A stretch of 63,871 nt of DNA, filler included, from Octopus bimaculoides (Eukaryota), in the NCBI RefSeq assembly GCF_001194135.2. It is 4 parts of 4 records of this genome, joined end to end, with 100 filler letters (N's around TTAATTAATTAA, not from the genome) between each part and the next. Parts side by side here need not be neighbours in the genome. Positions count along the whole stretch, not along the records: positions 40,001 to 60,685 come from NC_068987.1; positions 60,786 to 63,871 come from NC_068981.1; 2 more parts are not named here. One strand, given 5' to 3'. The translations under genes and the position numbers were made by a program. This document shows, piece after piece, positions 49,740 through 63,871 of the stretch; the stretch's first letter is position 1; the number at the start of each line of letters is the position of its first letter. The notes under the pieces were generated by a model, which ran no database searches, was not told where the DNA came from, and saw only the letters and a program-made list of their open reading frames with translations.

Positions 49740-50477
49740 GGTGCTGCTGCTTTTATTATTATCATAAATGACATTGATAAAAATTGGAAAAGTATGAACA
49801 CTGTGAAGATAATGGCAAAGACTCTTCAAGAACATTATCATAATTAGAAGACAACAAAGACAAACAAACAAACAAAGAAAAGGACTGCCGCCGTCATAAT
49901 GTGTAGACACATCAGCTGTTGTAATGATTCAATTAATGGAAAAAGTGACCAAAAAAACAAAAAGGAAACAAATAAAGAAAGAGGTGGAGGGAGATAGGTT
50001 AGGAGGGGTGGGGGTTATGAAGATGAAGATTGCATCCAAAAAGTACGAAAATGTCTGAGGTAGAAATGCATGAATCATCTGCAGCATCAGCATCAACGGA
50101 ATCGGTATTGCTCTCACCTTTACAGACATCTTGGAAAAACTGTAGCAGCCTCTTCGTAATTAGAGACAACTACTTCCACTTGCCATTGCCACCACAACCA
50201 CCACCAACGCTACTGCCACCATCACCACCACTACTACCACCATCATCACCACCACTGCCACCACCACCAACACCACTGCCACTACCATGACCGCCACCAA
50301 CAACCACTGCAGCCATCACCACCACCACCACTACCACCACCACTACCATCACTACCACAACTACCACCACCACAACTGCCACTACTATCATCACCACCAT
50401 TACAAACCAGCATTGGTTGCCAAGCGATGTTGGGGGTACAAACACAGACACACACACAAACATATACACACACATGC

Positions 50478-50543
<66 letters not shown>

Positions 50544-51288
50544 GTATATACGACAGGCTTCTTTCAGTTTCCATCTACCAAATCCACTCACAAGGCATTA
50601 TTCGGCCCGAGGCTATAGCAGAAGACACTTGCCCAAGGTGCCACACAGTGTGACTGACCCCGGAACCATGTGGTTGGTAAGTAAGCTCCTTGATGAGCTT
50701 CATTTAGTTTCCTTCGAACAAATTCACTCAAAAGACATTAGTCAGCCTGCGGCTATATTAAAAGACACTTGCCCAAAATGCCACACAAGGGAATTGAACC
50801 CAAAACCCAGAGGATTGGAAAGCAAGCTTCTTAACCATGTGCCTGTTGCCTATATCTTTTTTTATCTCATTTCCAAAACTGAATCGTTTCTTCTCAATGC
50901 CGGTGTCTTTGCTGCAGCAGTAAGTTAACTCCAAGTTCTTCCGGAATGATCTCTCAAAGTACTACTTTTCCTGTCAGTTATTCCATAAGTTATTTGTCAT
51001 TGTGAAGGAAGAGAGAGAGCAGAATGCTGGGTAATGTGCTGTTCTGATCATTGAGCCTACCCAGAGCAACAGTTTGCACTTCTTCTTTTTTCTTATCTTT
51101 ATAGATAGGATTCTTAGAGAAAACAAAACAAAATAAAAAACAAAATAAAAATCTTGATTCCAGAGGTGAGGTTGCTTCTGCTGCTGTTTCTGCTGCTACT
51201 ACTGCTGCTACTGCTGCTGCTACTGCTGCTGCTACTGCTGCTGCTGCTCCAGTTGCTGCTGGTAACAATGACAAAGAAGATTAAGATT

Positions 51289-51325
<37 letters not shown>

Positions 51326-51764
51326 CGATGATGATGAAGATGACGACGATGATGATGATGATGATGATGATGGTGATGTGATGGTGGTGACAATGATGAT
51401 CGTGATGGTGGGGTGGTGATGATGATGATGATGAGGAGGAGGAGGGTGGTGGTGGTGGTGGTAGTGGTAGTGGTGGTGATGATGATAATGGTGATGATGA
51501 TGAAGATGATGAGGAGGAGGAGGAGGGTGGTGGTGGTGGTGGTGATGATGATAGTGGTAGTGCTGGTCGTGGTCCCCGTCCATAGTGTTTGTGCATTCTG
51601 TTGTTGTTGGTGGTGGTGGGGGTGATTGGTAATGTTGCTGCTGTTCTTGTTGCTATTGGTGATGGTGGTAGTTGTGGTAGTGGTTGATGGCGGTGATCAT
51701 CATCATCACCATGGTGTCAATGATGGTGGTGGCAACGAAGATTGTGGTGGTGTTTGTTGTCGCT

Positions 51765-51796
<32 letters not shown>

Positions 51797-52367
51797 CATC
51801 ATCGTCTTCATCGGTGGTGGTCGTAGTTGTGTCGGTGGTGGTCGTAGTTGTGTCGGTGGTGGTGGTGGTTGTGGTGGTGGTGAAGATAAATCTCAGTCCA
51901 TACCTAAGACGTGAATTATGAGATACCAAATGTGCTACACAATATTCTTTCTCACACAACACATGATTCTTGAATTCCAACAATATTAAATGCCTATAGA
52001 ATACACTTTTGTGTGTGTGTGTGTTAATGTACGTGTGTGATGCCATGCAACTTTTGGTCGCATACGTTAGAGAAAGGGAGTGTTCATCTGTTCTCTCATT
52101 GTGTGTACGTGTGTCTCTATTACATATTTATAAGGAATATATTGAATATATTTTCAATCAAGCACAAAGAAATAGATACACCTCATTTCACCTTACATTG
52201 TCTTTATTCTTAGACTTCCTTCCTACTAAACAATAGACCAAAAAACAAAAATACTATTCAAAACAGCACAGCACACTTCACATTAATACAGGATCCTAAC
52301 ACTCATACAATCACTAGACCTGTACAACAAAATGCAACAAAATATGTATATGTGCATACATACATGA

Positions 52368-52402
<35 letters not shown>

Positions 52403-53216
52403 TATATGTGTATGTATGTATGTATATGTGTGTGTGTGTACATATATATATGTATATATATATATANNNNNNNNNNNNNNNNNNNNNNNNNNNNNNNNNN
52501 NNNNNNNNNNNNNNNNNNNNNNNNNNNNNNNNNNNNNNNNNNNNNNNNNNNNNNNNNNNNNNNNNNNNNNNNNNNNNNNNNNNNNNNNNNNNNNNNNNNN
52601 NNNNNNNNNNNNNNNNNNNNNNNNNNNNNNNNNNNNNNNNNNNNNNNNNNNNNNNNNNNNNNNNNNNNNNNNNNNNNNNNNNNNNNNNNNNNNNNNNNNN
52701 NNNNNNNNNNNNNNNNNNNNNNNNNNNNNNNNNNNNNNNNNNNNNNNNNNNNNNNNNNNNNNNNNNNNNNNNNNNNNNNNNNNNNNNNNNNNNNNNNNNN
52801 NNNNNNNNNNNNNNNNNNNNNNNNNNNNNNNNNNNNNNNNNNNNNNNNNNNNNNNNNNNNNNNNNNNNNNNNNNNNNNNNNNNNNNNNNNNNNNNNNNNN
52901 NNNNNNNNNNNNNNNNNNNNNNNNNNNNNNNNNNNNNNNNNNNNNNNNNNNNNNNNNNNNNNNNNNNNNNNNNNNNNNNNNNNNNNNNNNNNNNNNNNNN
53001 NNNNNNNNNNNNNNNNNNNNNNNNNNNNNNNNNNNNNNNNNNNNNNNNNNNNNNNNNNNNNNNNNNNNNNNNNNNNNNNNNNNNNNNNNNNNNNNNNNNN
53101 NNNNNNNNNNNNNNNNNNNNNNNNNNNNNNNNNNNNNNNNNNNNNNNNNNNNNNNNNNNNNNNNNNNNNNNNNNNNNNNNNNNNNNNNNNNNNNNNNNNN
53201 NNNNNNNNNNNNNNNN

Positions 53217-53259
<43 letters not shown>

Positions 53260-53643
53260 CACACATACACACACTTATCCAACAGGCTTTTTCCTGTCTC
53301 CATCAACCTAATCTATTCCCATGGCTCTGGTTTATGAGGGACTATAGTAGAAGAAATTTGGCCAAGGTACCTCACATTGGAACTGAACCCAAAACCATGC
53401 GGTTGAGAAGAAAACCTTCTTACCACACACATATAAATGGCAATGTAGCCAACAACATAAACATATATTCTTAGAATCTCTTATCATTGATGCATTCTGA
53501 TCAATTTTTAATATCTAGTGACCATCTCCATTTTCTGGATGGACTATTATCCTGATCTTTCATGTCTTTTACACTTAATGTTGTGTTTCAATCAGTTCAG
53601 TCTTTGATCATCTTCAGGTATCATAATCCTACATATATCTGTA

Positions 53644-53703
<60 letters not shown>

Positions 53704-53914
53704 NNNNNNNNNNNNNNNNNNNNNNNNNNNNNNNNNNNNNNNNNNNNNNNNNNNNNNNNNNNNNNNNNNNNNNNNNNNNNNNNNNNNNNNNNNNNNNNNN
53801 NNNNNNNNNNNNNNNNNNNNNNNNNNNNNNNNNNNNNNNNNNNNNNNNNNNNNNNNNNNNNNNNNNNNNNNNNNNNNNNNNNNNNNNNNNNNNNNNNNNN
53901 NNNNNNNNNNNNNN

Positions 53915-53973
<59 letters not shown>

Positions 53974-54159
53974 ATTTGTATGTATGTATATATGTATATA
54001 TATACATATATATATAAAGAGAGAGCACGAGAGAGTGCGAGAGAGAATGGTGGATAGATAGGTTAATAGATACATAGATAGATAGAGAGAGAGGGAGAGA
54101 GAGGGAGAGAGGGGGATTCGTATATACATACACACACATATACATATACATATATATGT

Positions 54160-54200
<41 letters not shown>

Positions 54201-54708
54201 NNNNNNNNNNNNNNNNNNNNNNNNNNNNNNNNNNNNNNNNNNNNNNNNNNNNNNNNNNNNNNNNNNNNNNNNNNNNNNNNNNNNNNNNNNNNNNNNNNNN
54301 NNNNNNNNNNNNNNNNNNNNNNNNNNNNNNNNNNNNNNNNNNNNNNNNNNNNNNNNNNNNNNNNNNNNNNNNNNNNNNNNNNNNNNNNNNNNNNNNNNNN
54401 NNNNNNNNNNNNNNNNNNNNNNNNNNNNNNNNNNNNNNNNNNNNNNNNNNNNNNNNNNNNNNNNNNNNNNNNNNNNNNNNNNNNNNNNNNNNNNNNNNNN
54501 NNNNNNNNNNNNNNNNNNNNNNNNNNNNNNNNNNNNNNNNNNNNNNNNNNNNNNNNNNNNNNNNNNNNNNNNNNNNNNNNNNNNNNNNNNNNNNNNNNNN
54601 NNNNNNNNNNNNNNNNNNNNNNNNNNNNNNNNNNNNNNNNNNNNNNNNNNNNNNNNNNNNNNNNNNNNNNNNNNNNNNNNNNNNNNNNNNNNNNNNNNNN
54701 NNNNNNNN

Positions 54709-54741
<33 letters not shown>

Positions 54742-55698
54742 ATATTGGTATGTGTATCTGCATTTGTCCCCCCACCTTTGCTTGATAACCAATGGTAGTG
54801 TGTCTATGTGCCTGTAACTTAGCAGTTCAGCAAAACAGACCGGTAGAATAAGCACTAGGCTTACAAAGAATAAGTCCTGGAGTCAATTTGTTCAACTAAA
54901 GACGGTGCTCCAGCATGGCCGCAGTCAAATGACTGAAACAAATAGGAGAATAAAAGAATAAAAGAATAAAAGAATAAAAGAATATATAGATATATATTTA
55001 TATATGGAAGGACATATGCGCATAAATTGATTTCCTGTACAGAATAGCATGATAAGAAGCAATTATAAATTTAGCCTACACAGGAGAATGTGAAGACAGT
55101 TTAAATTTATATAGTTTGATAATTATATAGTGGTTCGCCTTCCGTGGGCTTCATTGCAGACGTTGCTGACAATTATACTAGAAGTACATAGTAGAAAACA
55201 CATCACATGTCATTGTCTGGTACAATTCAATGAATTATTATAGTTCTGGTCGAAGAACTTGAGACAGAACAAAAGTTTTTAGAGTTAACATCTTGAGTAA
55301 GTTGTGTGAACTTAGTCAAAAATCAATAACTGAGATCTGAAGTTGGTTGTAGTTACTCTTATATCAACACTTAGTAAATGCGCTGATGTCTCTGTGTCGG
55401 AAGAAAACACGCGTAGATATTATTCTGTCCTTTCTCTCTCTCTGTCTCTCTGTCTCTCTGTTTCTCTCTGTCTCTCTGTCTCTCTCTCTCTCTCTCTCTG
55501 TCTTTCTTTCTTCGTTTGTTTCTTTCTGTCTCTCCAGTTCTCCCTTTTCATATTTATGCATGAGTATGTGTGTGTGTGTGTGTGTGTGAGTGTGTGAGTG
55601 TCTGTTTGCACATGTGTGTGTGTGTATGTATATATACATGTGTGTTTGTATATATACTTGTGTATATGTCTTTATAAATATAGATATATAAATATATA

Positions 55699-55759
<61 letters not shown>

Positions 55760-57156
55760 NNNNNNNNNNNNNNNNNNNNNNNNNNNNNNNNNNNNNNNNN
55801 NNNNNNNNNNNNNNNNNNNNNNNNNNNNNNNNNNNNNNNNNNNNNNNNNNNNNNNNNNNNNNNNNNNNNNNNNNNNNNNNNNNNNNNNNNNNNNNNNNNN
55901 NNNNNNNNNNNNNNNNNNNNNNNNNNNNNNNNNNNNNNNNNNNNNNNNNNNNNNNNNNNNNNNNNNNNNNNNNNNNNNNNNNNNNNNNNNNNNNNNNNNN
56001 NNNNNNNNNNNNNNNNNNNNNNNNNNNNNNNNNNNNNNNNNNNNNNNNNNNNNNNNNNNNNNNNNNNNNNNNNNNNNNNNNNNNNNNNNNNNNNNNNNNN
56101 NNNNNNNNNNNNNNNNNNNNNNNNNNNNNNNNNNNNNNNNNNNNNNNNNNNNNNNNNNNNNNNNNNNNNNNNNNNNNNNNNNNNNNNNNNNNNNNNNNNN
56201 NNNNNNNNNNNNNNNNNNNNNNNNNNNNNNNNNNNNNNNNNNNNATATAAAGAGGGAGAGAGAAAGACAGGGTAAAGAGATAGATAGATAGATAGAATGC
56301 AGACAGATAGACAGATAGACAGTCAGTCAGAGAGACTGACAGACACATAGATAGATAGGTAGATAGATATTTTTCTCCTTTTATCATCTTTTGCATCTTT
56401 TACAAGTGAAGTTTGTTTGAGACTGCTTATTTCTCGAACGTTAATTGCACAAAAATGTCACCACTTCTTGTGACAGCTGGAATTATCCATGAAAGACAGA
56501 ATGAAAAGGAACGAAAGAATAACTAACAAGAGTTCACGAATTAATTTCGGTGGTGAAAAGAATTCTTGGAGAGAATAACATAAATAAAAACAAAAACAAA
56601 AATAAAAATAAAAGTAAAAATAAAACCAAAGAAAGAAGGAAAGAAAGAAAGAAAGGAATGAAGGAAACAATTTGGTGTCACCTCGAAAATTTCTGTCCTT
56701 CATAGGTCTGTAGCACTAACGTGAGATGGATCAATATCGTTCAATAAAGCCATCTCCTCATATAGAGTTGGTATATTTACCTAGTAGCATACGATGTATG
56801 CTTAGCATGTGTTTGATGAGGAGTAGTAGCAGTAAAACAGCATTTGTATAGAACTTATATAACTAATGATTTCCTTCTCACAATGGGGGAGAAAAATCTA
56901 TACTTTGGTATTGATGAATTTCTAAAATCAGTTCTCTCTGATAATAATTGACACTAAACAACTTTCGGGAGGAATTCAATCACATCACTCTATCTACCTA
57001 TCGTTCTATCTATCTACCAATCTATCTGTTTATCTATCTATCTATCTATCAATGTATCTGTCTATCTATCTACCTATGTATCTACTTAATTATCTATCTA
57101 TCTATCTATCTTCTTACCTATCTATCTATCTATCTATCTGTCTAAATATCTATTCA

Positions 57157-57212
<56 letters not shown>

Positions 57213-57821
57213 TATANNNNNNNNNNNNNNNNNNNNNNNNNNNNNNNNNNNNNNNNNNNNNNNNNNNNNNNNNNNNNNNNNNNNNNNNNATATATATATA
57301 TATATATATACATACATACACACATATATATATATACTATCTCTCTCTCCCTCTCTCTCGCTCTTTCTTTTTATATATCTACTTACCTACATACCTATTT
57401 ATCTAGCTATCTATCTTTTATCTATCCATCTATCTGTCTATCTGCCCAGACACATACATACACACAAACACACATATATATTCTACCATCACACATACAC
57501 ACATGCATATATACATATATGTATATATTCATCTATAACCATATATATAGATATAGATATGTATGTATATGTGTGTGCGTAGATATATCTTTTTTATTTG
57601 ATTCTGTTTCAATCATTAGAGTACAGCCATGCTGGAGCACGGCCTTAAAGGGTTTTAGTCAAACAAATGAACCTCAGGTCTTCTTTTGTACACCTCGTGC
57701 TTATTCAATCAGTCTCTTTTGTTGAACCGCTAAGTTATGGGGATGTACACATACCAACATTGGTCATCAAAGAGGTGGTGGGGTTCACACACAGAACCAA
57801 AGGAACACACATAGACAAATG

Positions 57822-57868
<47 letters not shown>

Positions 57869-57995
57869 TGATGATTATGATGACGATGACGATGATAATG
57901 AGATGATGGTGATGGTGATGATAATGGTGGTGATGACAACGATGATGATGACAGCGATGACGATGACGACAATGATGATAACAATGACTGAGAAC

Positions 57996-58054
<59 letters not shown>

Positions 58055-59369
58055 NNNNNNNNNNNNNNNNNNNNNNNNNNNNNNNNNNNNNNNNNNNNNN
58101 NNNNNNNNNNNNNNNNNNNNNNNNNNNNNNNNNNNNNNNNNNNNNNNNNNNNNNNNNNNNNNNNNNNNNNNNNNNNNNNNNNNNNNNNNNNNNNNNNNNN
58201 NNNNNNNNNNNNNNNNNNNNNNNNNNATGATGATGATGATGATGATAATGAGGAGGAGGAGGAGGAGGGTGATGATGAATGGATAAAAGGTAAAGTTGAC
58301 CTTGGCTGGATTTGAACTAACAACACACAAATCCAGAACAAATACCACAAGGCATTTGGTATTCTGCCTGTCACATTAATCCACACCCTCAACCCATCAC
58401 CCACACAATACCTATAGCTCCCTCAGTCCCTGTAACTTTTTCTTTCAAACCAAACGAGGGAGCCTGTATGCGTTTCACTCACCTTACTAGAAACATCAAC
58501 GAAGCCTCCCTCATATTACACCCTAGCCCCCCCCTTTTTTTTTTTTGTTTCTGAAAGAAAAGTACGAAGTAGGTGCACGCTGGTTGATGTGGACTTAGAT
58601 ACGTTTGACCAGAAGTGCGTCTAAGGAAGACCACATGATCAAAGGCCAGAATGCCTTTGATTATAAGTTTGCTGACGTCTGCTCAGTCATGTCTGACCCG
58701 GGGCTAAGCATCAATAGTAGCAGCAATGCCAACAACAACAACAACGACAACAATAACGACAGACAAATTAATTCCTTGTATTTTCATTATTCCTACACAC
58801 ACACACACACATGTGCAGACACATACAGACACATACACAAACACACGCGTGCACACATGTATACAAATACATAACCGACACACATACGTTCGGTGTGTGT
58901 GTCATCTCATCCTTCAGTGGTGGTGGCAATATTAGTGATACTGGTAAGAGGTCAAATAGCAATGGAAATTAAGAGTAGAAATAGTGATGGCGCTAGTACA
59001 GATACTATTAGGAGATGAAACGTTTTACTTAGCAGATGAAACGCTTTCCTAGATGAAAAGTCTAATTTAGTAGATGAAAGGTTTAAAACTGTGAGTTTAA
59101 ATTGTGCTAAAGTTAACTTTTCTGTCTCATGTAGTTGAGTGCAAGTTAGCATTCGTAGTAGTGGAGTGTAGTAATCCAAAATCAATTGGTAATCAATTAA
59201 GACTGCACTCGTAATCAGAATGAAAAAATGAATGCTTTGATTTAATGAGATAATTCTTATCAAGAGAAGGTAAGGGAGAGAACTCTGGAACTTATATTAA
59301 TTGATTTTAAATTTTGGTACAATGCCAGTAATGTTGTGTTTTGGAGGGTCCATTATGCCAATAATAATA

Positions 59370-59830
59370 ATAATAAATATATGCACTTAGCACTGTCCAG
59401 GCGTGATCATTGCCAGAGCAGCTGTCTGGTTCCCGTGCCAGTGGAACGTAAATAGCACCATTTGAGCATGATCGTTACCAGTGTTGCCTTACTGGCACGT
59501 TAGAAAATCATTTGAGCGAGGTCGTTGCCAGTGCTGCTGGACTGGCTCCTGTGCAGGTGGCACGTAAAAAACACCAGTTTGAGCGTGGCCATTGCCAGTA
59601 CTGCGTAACTGGCCCTCGTGTCGGTGGCACGTAAAAGCACCTACTACACTCTTGGAGTGGTTGGCGTTAGGAAGGGCATCCAGCTGTAGAAACTCTGCCA
59701 AATTTAGATTGGAGCCTGGTGTAGCCATCTGGTTCACCAGTCCTCAGTCAAATCGTCCAACCCATGCTAGCATGGTAAGCAGACGTTAAATGATGATGAT
59801 AATGATGATGATGATGATGATGATAATAAT
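59370..59830 (+). mobile_element. RTE-tailed non-autonomous element with ~65-bp internal tandem units
   Basis: Four tggcacgtaaaa..acc..ttgagc-like units (about 59424, 59491, 59555, 59621), then the RTE-type tail and (GAT)n. Confidence 0.75.
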
Positions 59831-60785
59831 GATGCACTGGCTTTGGTCAGCCTGTTGTTATAGTAAAAGACACCTGCCCAAGGTGCCAAGCAGTGGGACT
59901 GAACTTGAAACCACATGGTGACAAAGAGAGCTTGTTAACCACATAGCTATACCAGCACTTATAGTTAAGTCAATCACATCAACCCCAGTGTACAACTGGT
60001 ACTTGTTTTATCAACCTTGAAAGGATGAAAGGCAGAGTCGACCTCAGTAGAATTTGAACTCAGAACATAAAGTTGCAAGAAATGCTGCTAAGCATTTTGC
60101 CCAGGGTGCCAATGTTTCTACCATCTTGTATCCTTGGTATTTCTGTTAAATAAGGATTGATTGCATTGAAACAAAACTTGTTGGGTCATGAGAAGGTCAT
60201 TATGCTAATAATAATCCTTTCTACTATAGGCACAAGGCCTGAAATTTAGGGGAGAGGGATAGGCGATTTCATCGACCCCAGTGTTTTGCTGGTACTTAAT
60301 TTATTGACCCCGAAAGGACGAAAAGCAAAGTGGACCTCGGCAGAATTTGAACTCAGAACGTAGTGGCTGATGAAATGTCGCTAAGCATTTTTCCTGGCGT
60401 GCTAACGGTTCTTATTTCTTTACTGCCCACAAGGGGCTACACACAGAGGGGACAAACAAGGACAGACAAAGGGATTAAGTCAATTACATTGACCCCAGTG
60501 CATAACTGATACTTATAATGTTTCTGCCAGCTCACCACCTTAAATGTATGCTAACAATTCTGCTAGCGTACCATCGTAACACTAGTCTAAATAATGATTT
60601 CAAATTTTGACACAAGGCCAGCAATTACAGGGGGAGGGGGAACGTCAATTGCATCAATCCCCAGTACTCAACTGGTACTTATTTTNNNNNNNNNNNNNNN
60701 NNNNNNNNNNNNNNNNNNNNNNNNNNNNNTTAATTAATTAANNNNNNNNNNNNNNNNNNNNNNNNNNNNNNNNNNNNNNNNNNNN

Positions 60786-60844
<59 letters not shown>

Positions 60845-61322
60845 GTATAAAGAGATACACATATGATTATATATACATATATACTCTAGGATATATTTAT
60901 ACATATATCCATATTTATAAACAAGTACATAAGTACATATTTATATACATTTATGTATGGACATGCGTATATACATACATAAACGCACGCATACACACCC
61001 ATATATACACTCACATACATACATACATACATACATACACATACAAACACACATAAACACATACACACATACATACATACATACATACATACATACATGC
61101 ATACATGCATGCATGCATACATGCAGACAGACAGACAGACAGACAGACATACTTTTCCCTGTCAGTTAAATATTTGAAATCTATTCTTACCTGTGACTCT
61201 TCTTACAACTGTCTCCACCTTAATACATAACCAATAGATTTGACAAACTTATGTAATTTCAACATAATCAGATACGCATATTCGCACTCTCCGCCTCCGC
61301 CTCTTTCCACTCTCTCCCTTGA

Positions 61323-61412
<90 letters not shown>

Positions 61413-62254
61413 TGAATTACCCTTGTCCCTCAACTCTTATGTCTTTCCTTTCTCTTCACCACCACCGCACCCAGCAACACCTTTATTATTTTTTTTTGAC
61501 ATATCCAAGAATTTATAGTAAAAAAATACACCTAAATTTCCCCTCCCCACTCGCATTTCTCTCTCTTTTCTCTCGCTTTCTCTTTCTTTAATATATCTAT
61601 ATTTCTCTATTGCTCTTTCTCTCTTTCTCTCTTTATTTCTCTGTAGTGTGTGTGTGTGTGTGTGTGTGTGTGNNNNNNNNNNNNNNNNNNNNNNNNNNNN
61701 NNNNNNNNNNNNNNNNNNNNNNNNNNNNNNNNNNNNNNNNNNNNNNNNNNNNNNNNNNNNNNNNNNNNNNNNNNNNNNNNNNNNNNNNNNNNNNNNNNNN
61801 NNNNNNNNNNNNNNNNNNNNNNNNNNNNNNNNNNNNNNNNNNNNNNNNNNNNNNNNNNNNNNNNNNNNNNNNNNNNNNNNNNNNNNNNNNNNNNNNNNNN
61901 NNNNNNNNNNNNNNNNNNNNNNNNNNNNNNNNNNNNNNNNNNNNNNNNNNNNNNNNNNNNNNNNNNNNNNNNNNNNNNNNNNNNNNNNNNNNNNNNNNNN
62001 NNNNNNNNNNNNNNNNNNNNNNNNNNNNNNNNNNNNNNNNNNNNNNNNNNNNNNNNNNNNNNNNNNNNNNNNNNNNNNNNNNNNNNNNNNNNNNNNNNNN
62101 NNNNNNNNNNNNNNNNNNNNNNNNNNNNNNNNNNNNNNNNNNNNNNNNNNNNNNNNNNACAAAATGAATCGTCCCAGCTCTTTACATTCTGAGTTCAAAT
62201 CACGTCTAAGTCATCATCGCAGTCTATGAAATGAAGTACCAGTCAAGTACTGTA

Positions 62255-62455
62255 AAGTAAAGTACAGTTACCTTCTGGAGTCATGCCGACTCATAAGGGC
62301 CGGTTTCCCGGTTTCGTGGCGGATATATTCCCCACCTGGACAGGACGCCAGTCCGTCGTAGGATTACTCATTTCTGCCTGCTGAGTGGACTGGAGCAACG
62401 TGAAATGAAGTGTTTTGCTCAAGAACACAACGCGTCGCCCGGTCCAGGAATCGAC
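62255..62455 (-). mobile_element. tRNA-derived SINE with a CORE-like central domain
   Basis: Minus strand: gtcgattcctggaccgggcgacgcgttgtgttcttgagcaaaacacttcatttcacgttgctccagtccactcagc. Confidence 0.6.
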
Positions 62456-63871
62456 ACCTTAACCACCTTAACCTCTAAGTACTGGGTTCGATCTAATCAA
62501 CTTCTGATCAACATAAAATATGCGGGCGTGGTACAGGAATGTCTAAGTTTCTGTCCCAACGTGGAACTCCCACGACAGCTATAACGATTGCAGTACAATG
62601 GCGTCACCTTGATATAATCTATTTCCGATTCCTTATAACGCTATCAATACGCACGCGCACACGTACACGCACACTCAGGCAAACAAACGCGAGCGCGCGT
62701 ACAGTCACGCAATAGTATGCAAGTATTCTTTTATTAACTCATATTTACATACATATGAAGGGTTAAACGTAATAGAAAAAAATGGCTGCTCTTCCTTTCT
62801 CTCCTATATTCCTTCCCCCTCTCTCTCTCTCTATGTTTGTCTATCTCTCTCTCTCTCTCTCTCTCTGTCCCTCTCTGTCTTTCTTTCTCTCTCTCTCTCT
62901 CTCTCTCCTTCTCTCTCTTTCTCTCTCCCTCTCTCTCTTTCTCTCTCCCTCCGTCTCCATCTATCTATCTCTCCCAATCATTCTTTAACATAGTTTTGTT
63001 CTCATTTGCTCTTTCTTATTCTCTATCTCCAACCACATATCTCTTCCTTTTCTTTTACCTCACTCCCCTACTCTCTCATACCTAGCTTTCCTCTCTCTCT
63101 CTTTTGCTAATTCCTCTTACTTGCTTTCTTTCTGCAATAATGTCTACCTCTCTTTTATTCTCTTTACCCCTCCCTTTACCTATCTATTTACCTATCTACC
63201 TATTAATTTATCTACCTGTTTGTCTTCCACATCTTTGTCATTCTCCTGTATCTCTCATTGCCATTACTGTCACCCTCATGCTTTCTCTTTCTCTCTCTTT
63301 TTTTCTCTCCCAATCTCTCTGTCTCCGCCTCTTTCTCTGTCTCTATCTCTCTTTGTGTCTCTCATTCTTTCTCTCTCTCTTTCTCTTTCTCTCCCTCTCT
63401 CTCCCATCAGCTTTCTCTTTCTCCCTGGCACCGCTTAGCTTTCTATCTCTCTCACTACCTCTCAGCCACTCACCTTGACACTTTTCACTTATTTCTGAAG
63501 CGATCATTATGCAACAGTATTGAAAAGAGATTGAGAGCTTTACAAAAAAAAAATAACGTCAACAAACAACAATATTAACAATAAAAAAAATGACTGATAA
63601 TAAAGATGATATCCAACATACACATGAAAAAAAATACTAGTTTATCGAGTAGAAAGATATAGGAGAATCCTTTTGTGGAAGAATAACACAATGATAGTAA
63701 GTCTAAAATCGGTAGAGCGGAACGTTTTGAAAGGTGATTATTTGAATGTTTCTGACTAAATGTCATGAACATTTGAGTTACACAAAGATATCTAGTACAC
63801 CCATGTGTATGCGAGTGTGTGAGTGTGTGTGTATGTGTACGTATATTCATATATATATATATATATATATA

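Noticed and set aside
51114-51914. Poly-His/Ser/Thr/Met ORFs
   Set aside because: Trinucleotide microsatellite mosaics open in several frames on both strands, without splice support.
59424-59640. CRISPR-like repeat/spacer appearance
   Set aside because: The whole ~65-bp units are homologous, they sit inside an RTE-tailed eukaryotic element, and no cas genes are present.

Overview
AT-rich, microsatellite-dense eukaryotic scaffold with many N gaps. Its SINE/LINE content and the style of its zinc-finger genes suggest a cephalopod (octopus-like) genome; this is an inference, not a database match. The left 25 kb holds three C2H2 zinc-finger genes, each with an uninterrupted ORF of 16-18 finger units and no recognisable effector domain. 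ZNF-A (5373-6851, -) and ZNF-B (11974-13557, -) are a tandem duplication whose unit includes shared flanks and an old RTE fragment. ZNF-C (23279-24814, +) is divergently oriented. The 3' half of a piggyBac transposase, with its TTAA-CCC end, abuts the ZNF-B 3' flank. The right 39 kb is mostly SINEs, RTE and R4/Dong LINE fragments, hAT remnants and microsatellites. It also hides a chain of phase-compatible minus-strand exons (37140-37006, 31910-31787, 31721-31666, 28163-28087) from a gene I cannot name and that the ORF track does not show. The most unusual stretch is an extremely AT-rich island (~14.3-15.5 kb) whose minus strand reads through only if TAA/TAG are sense codons. That signal is suggestive but statistically weak. 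I cannot demonstrate a new biological system from the sequence alone; the findings are ranked hypotheses.
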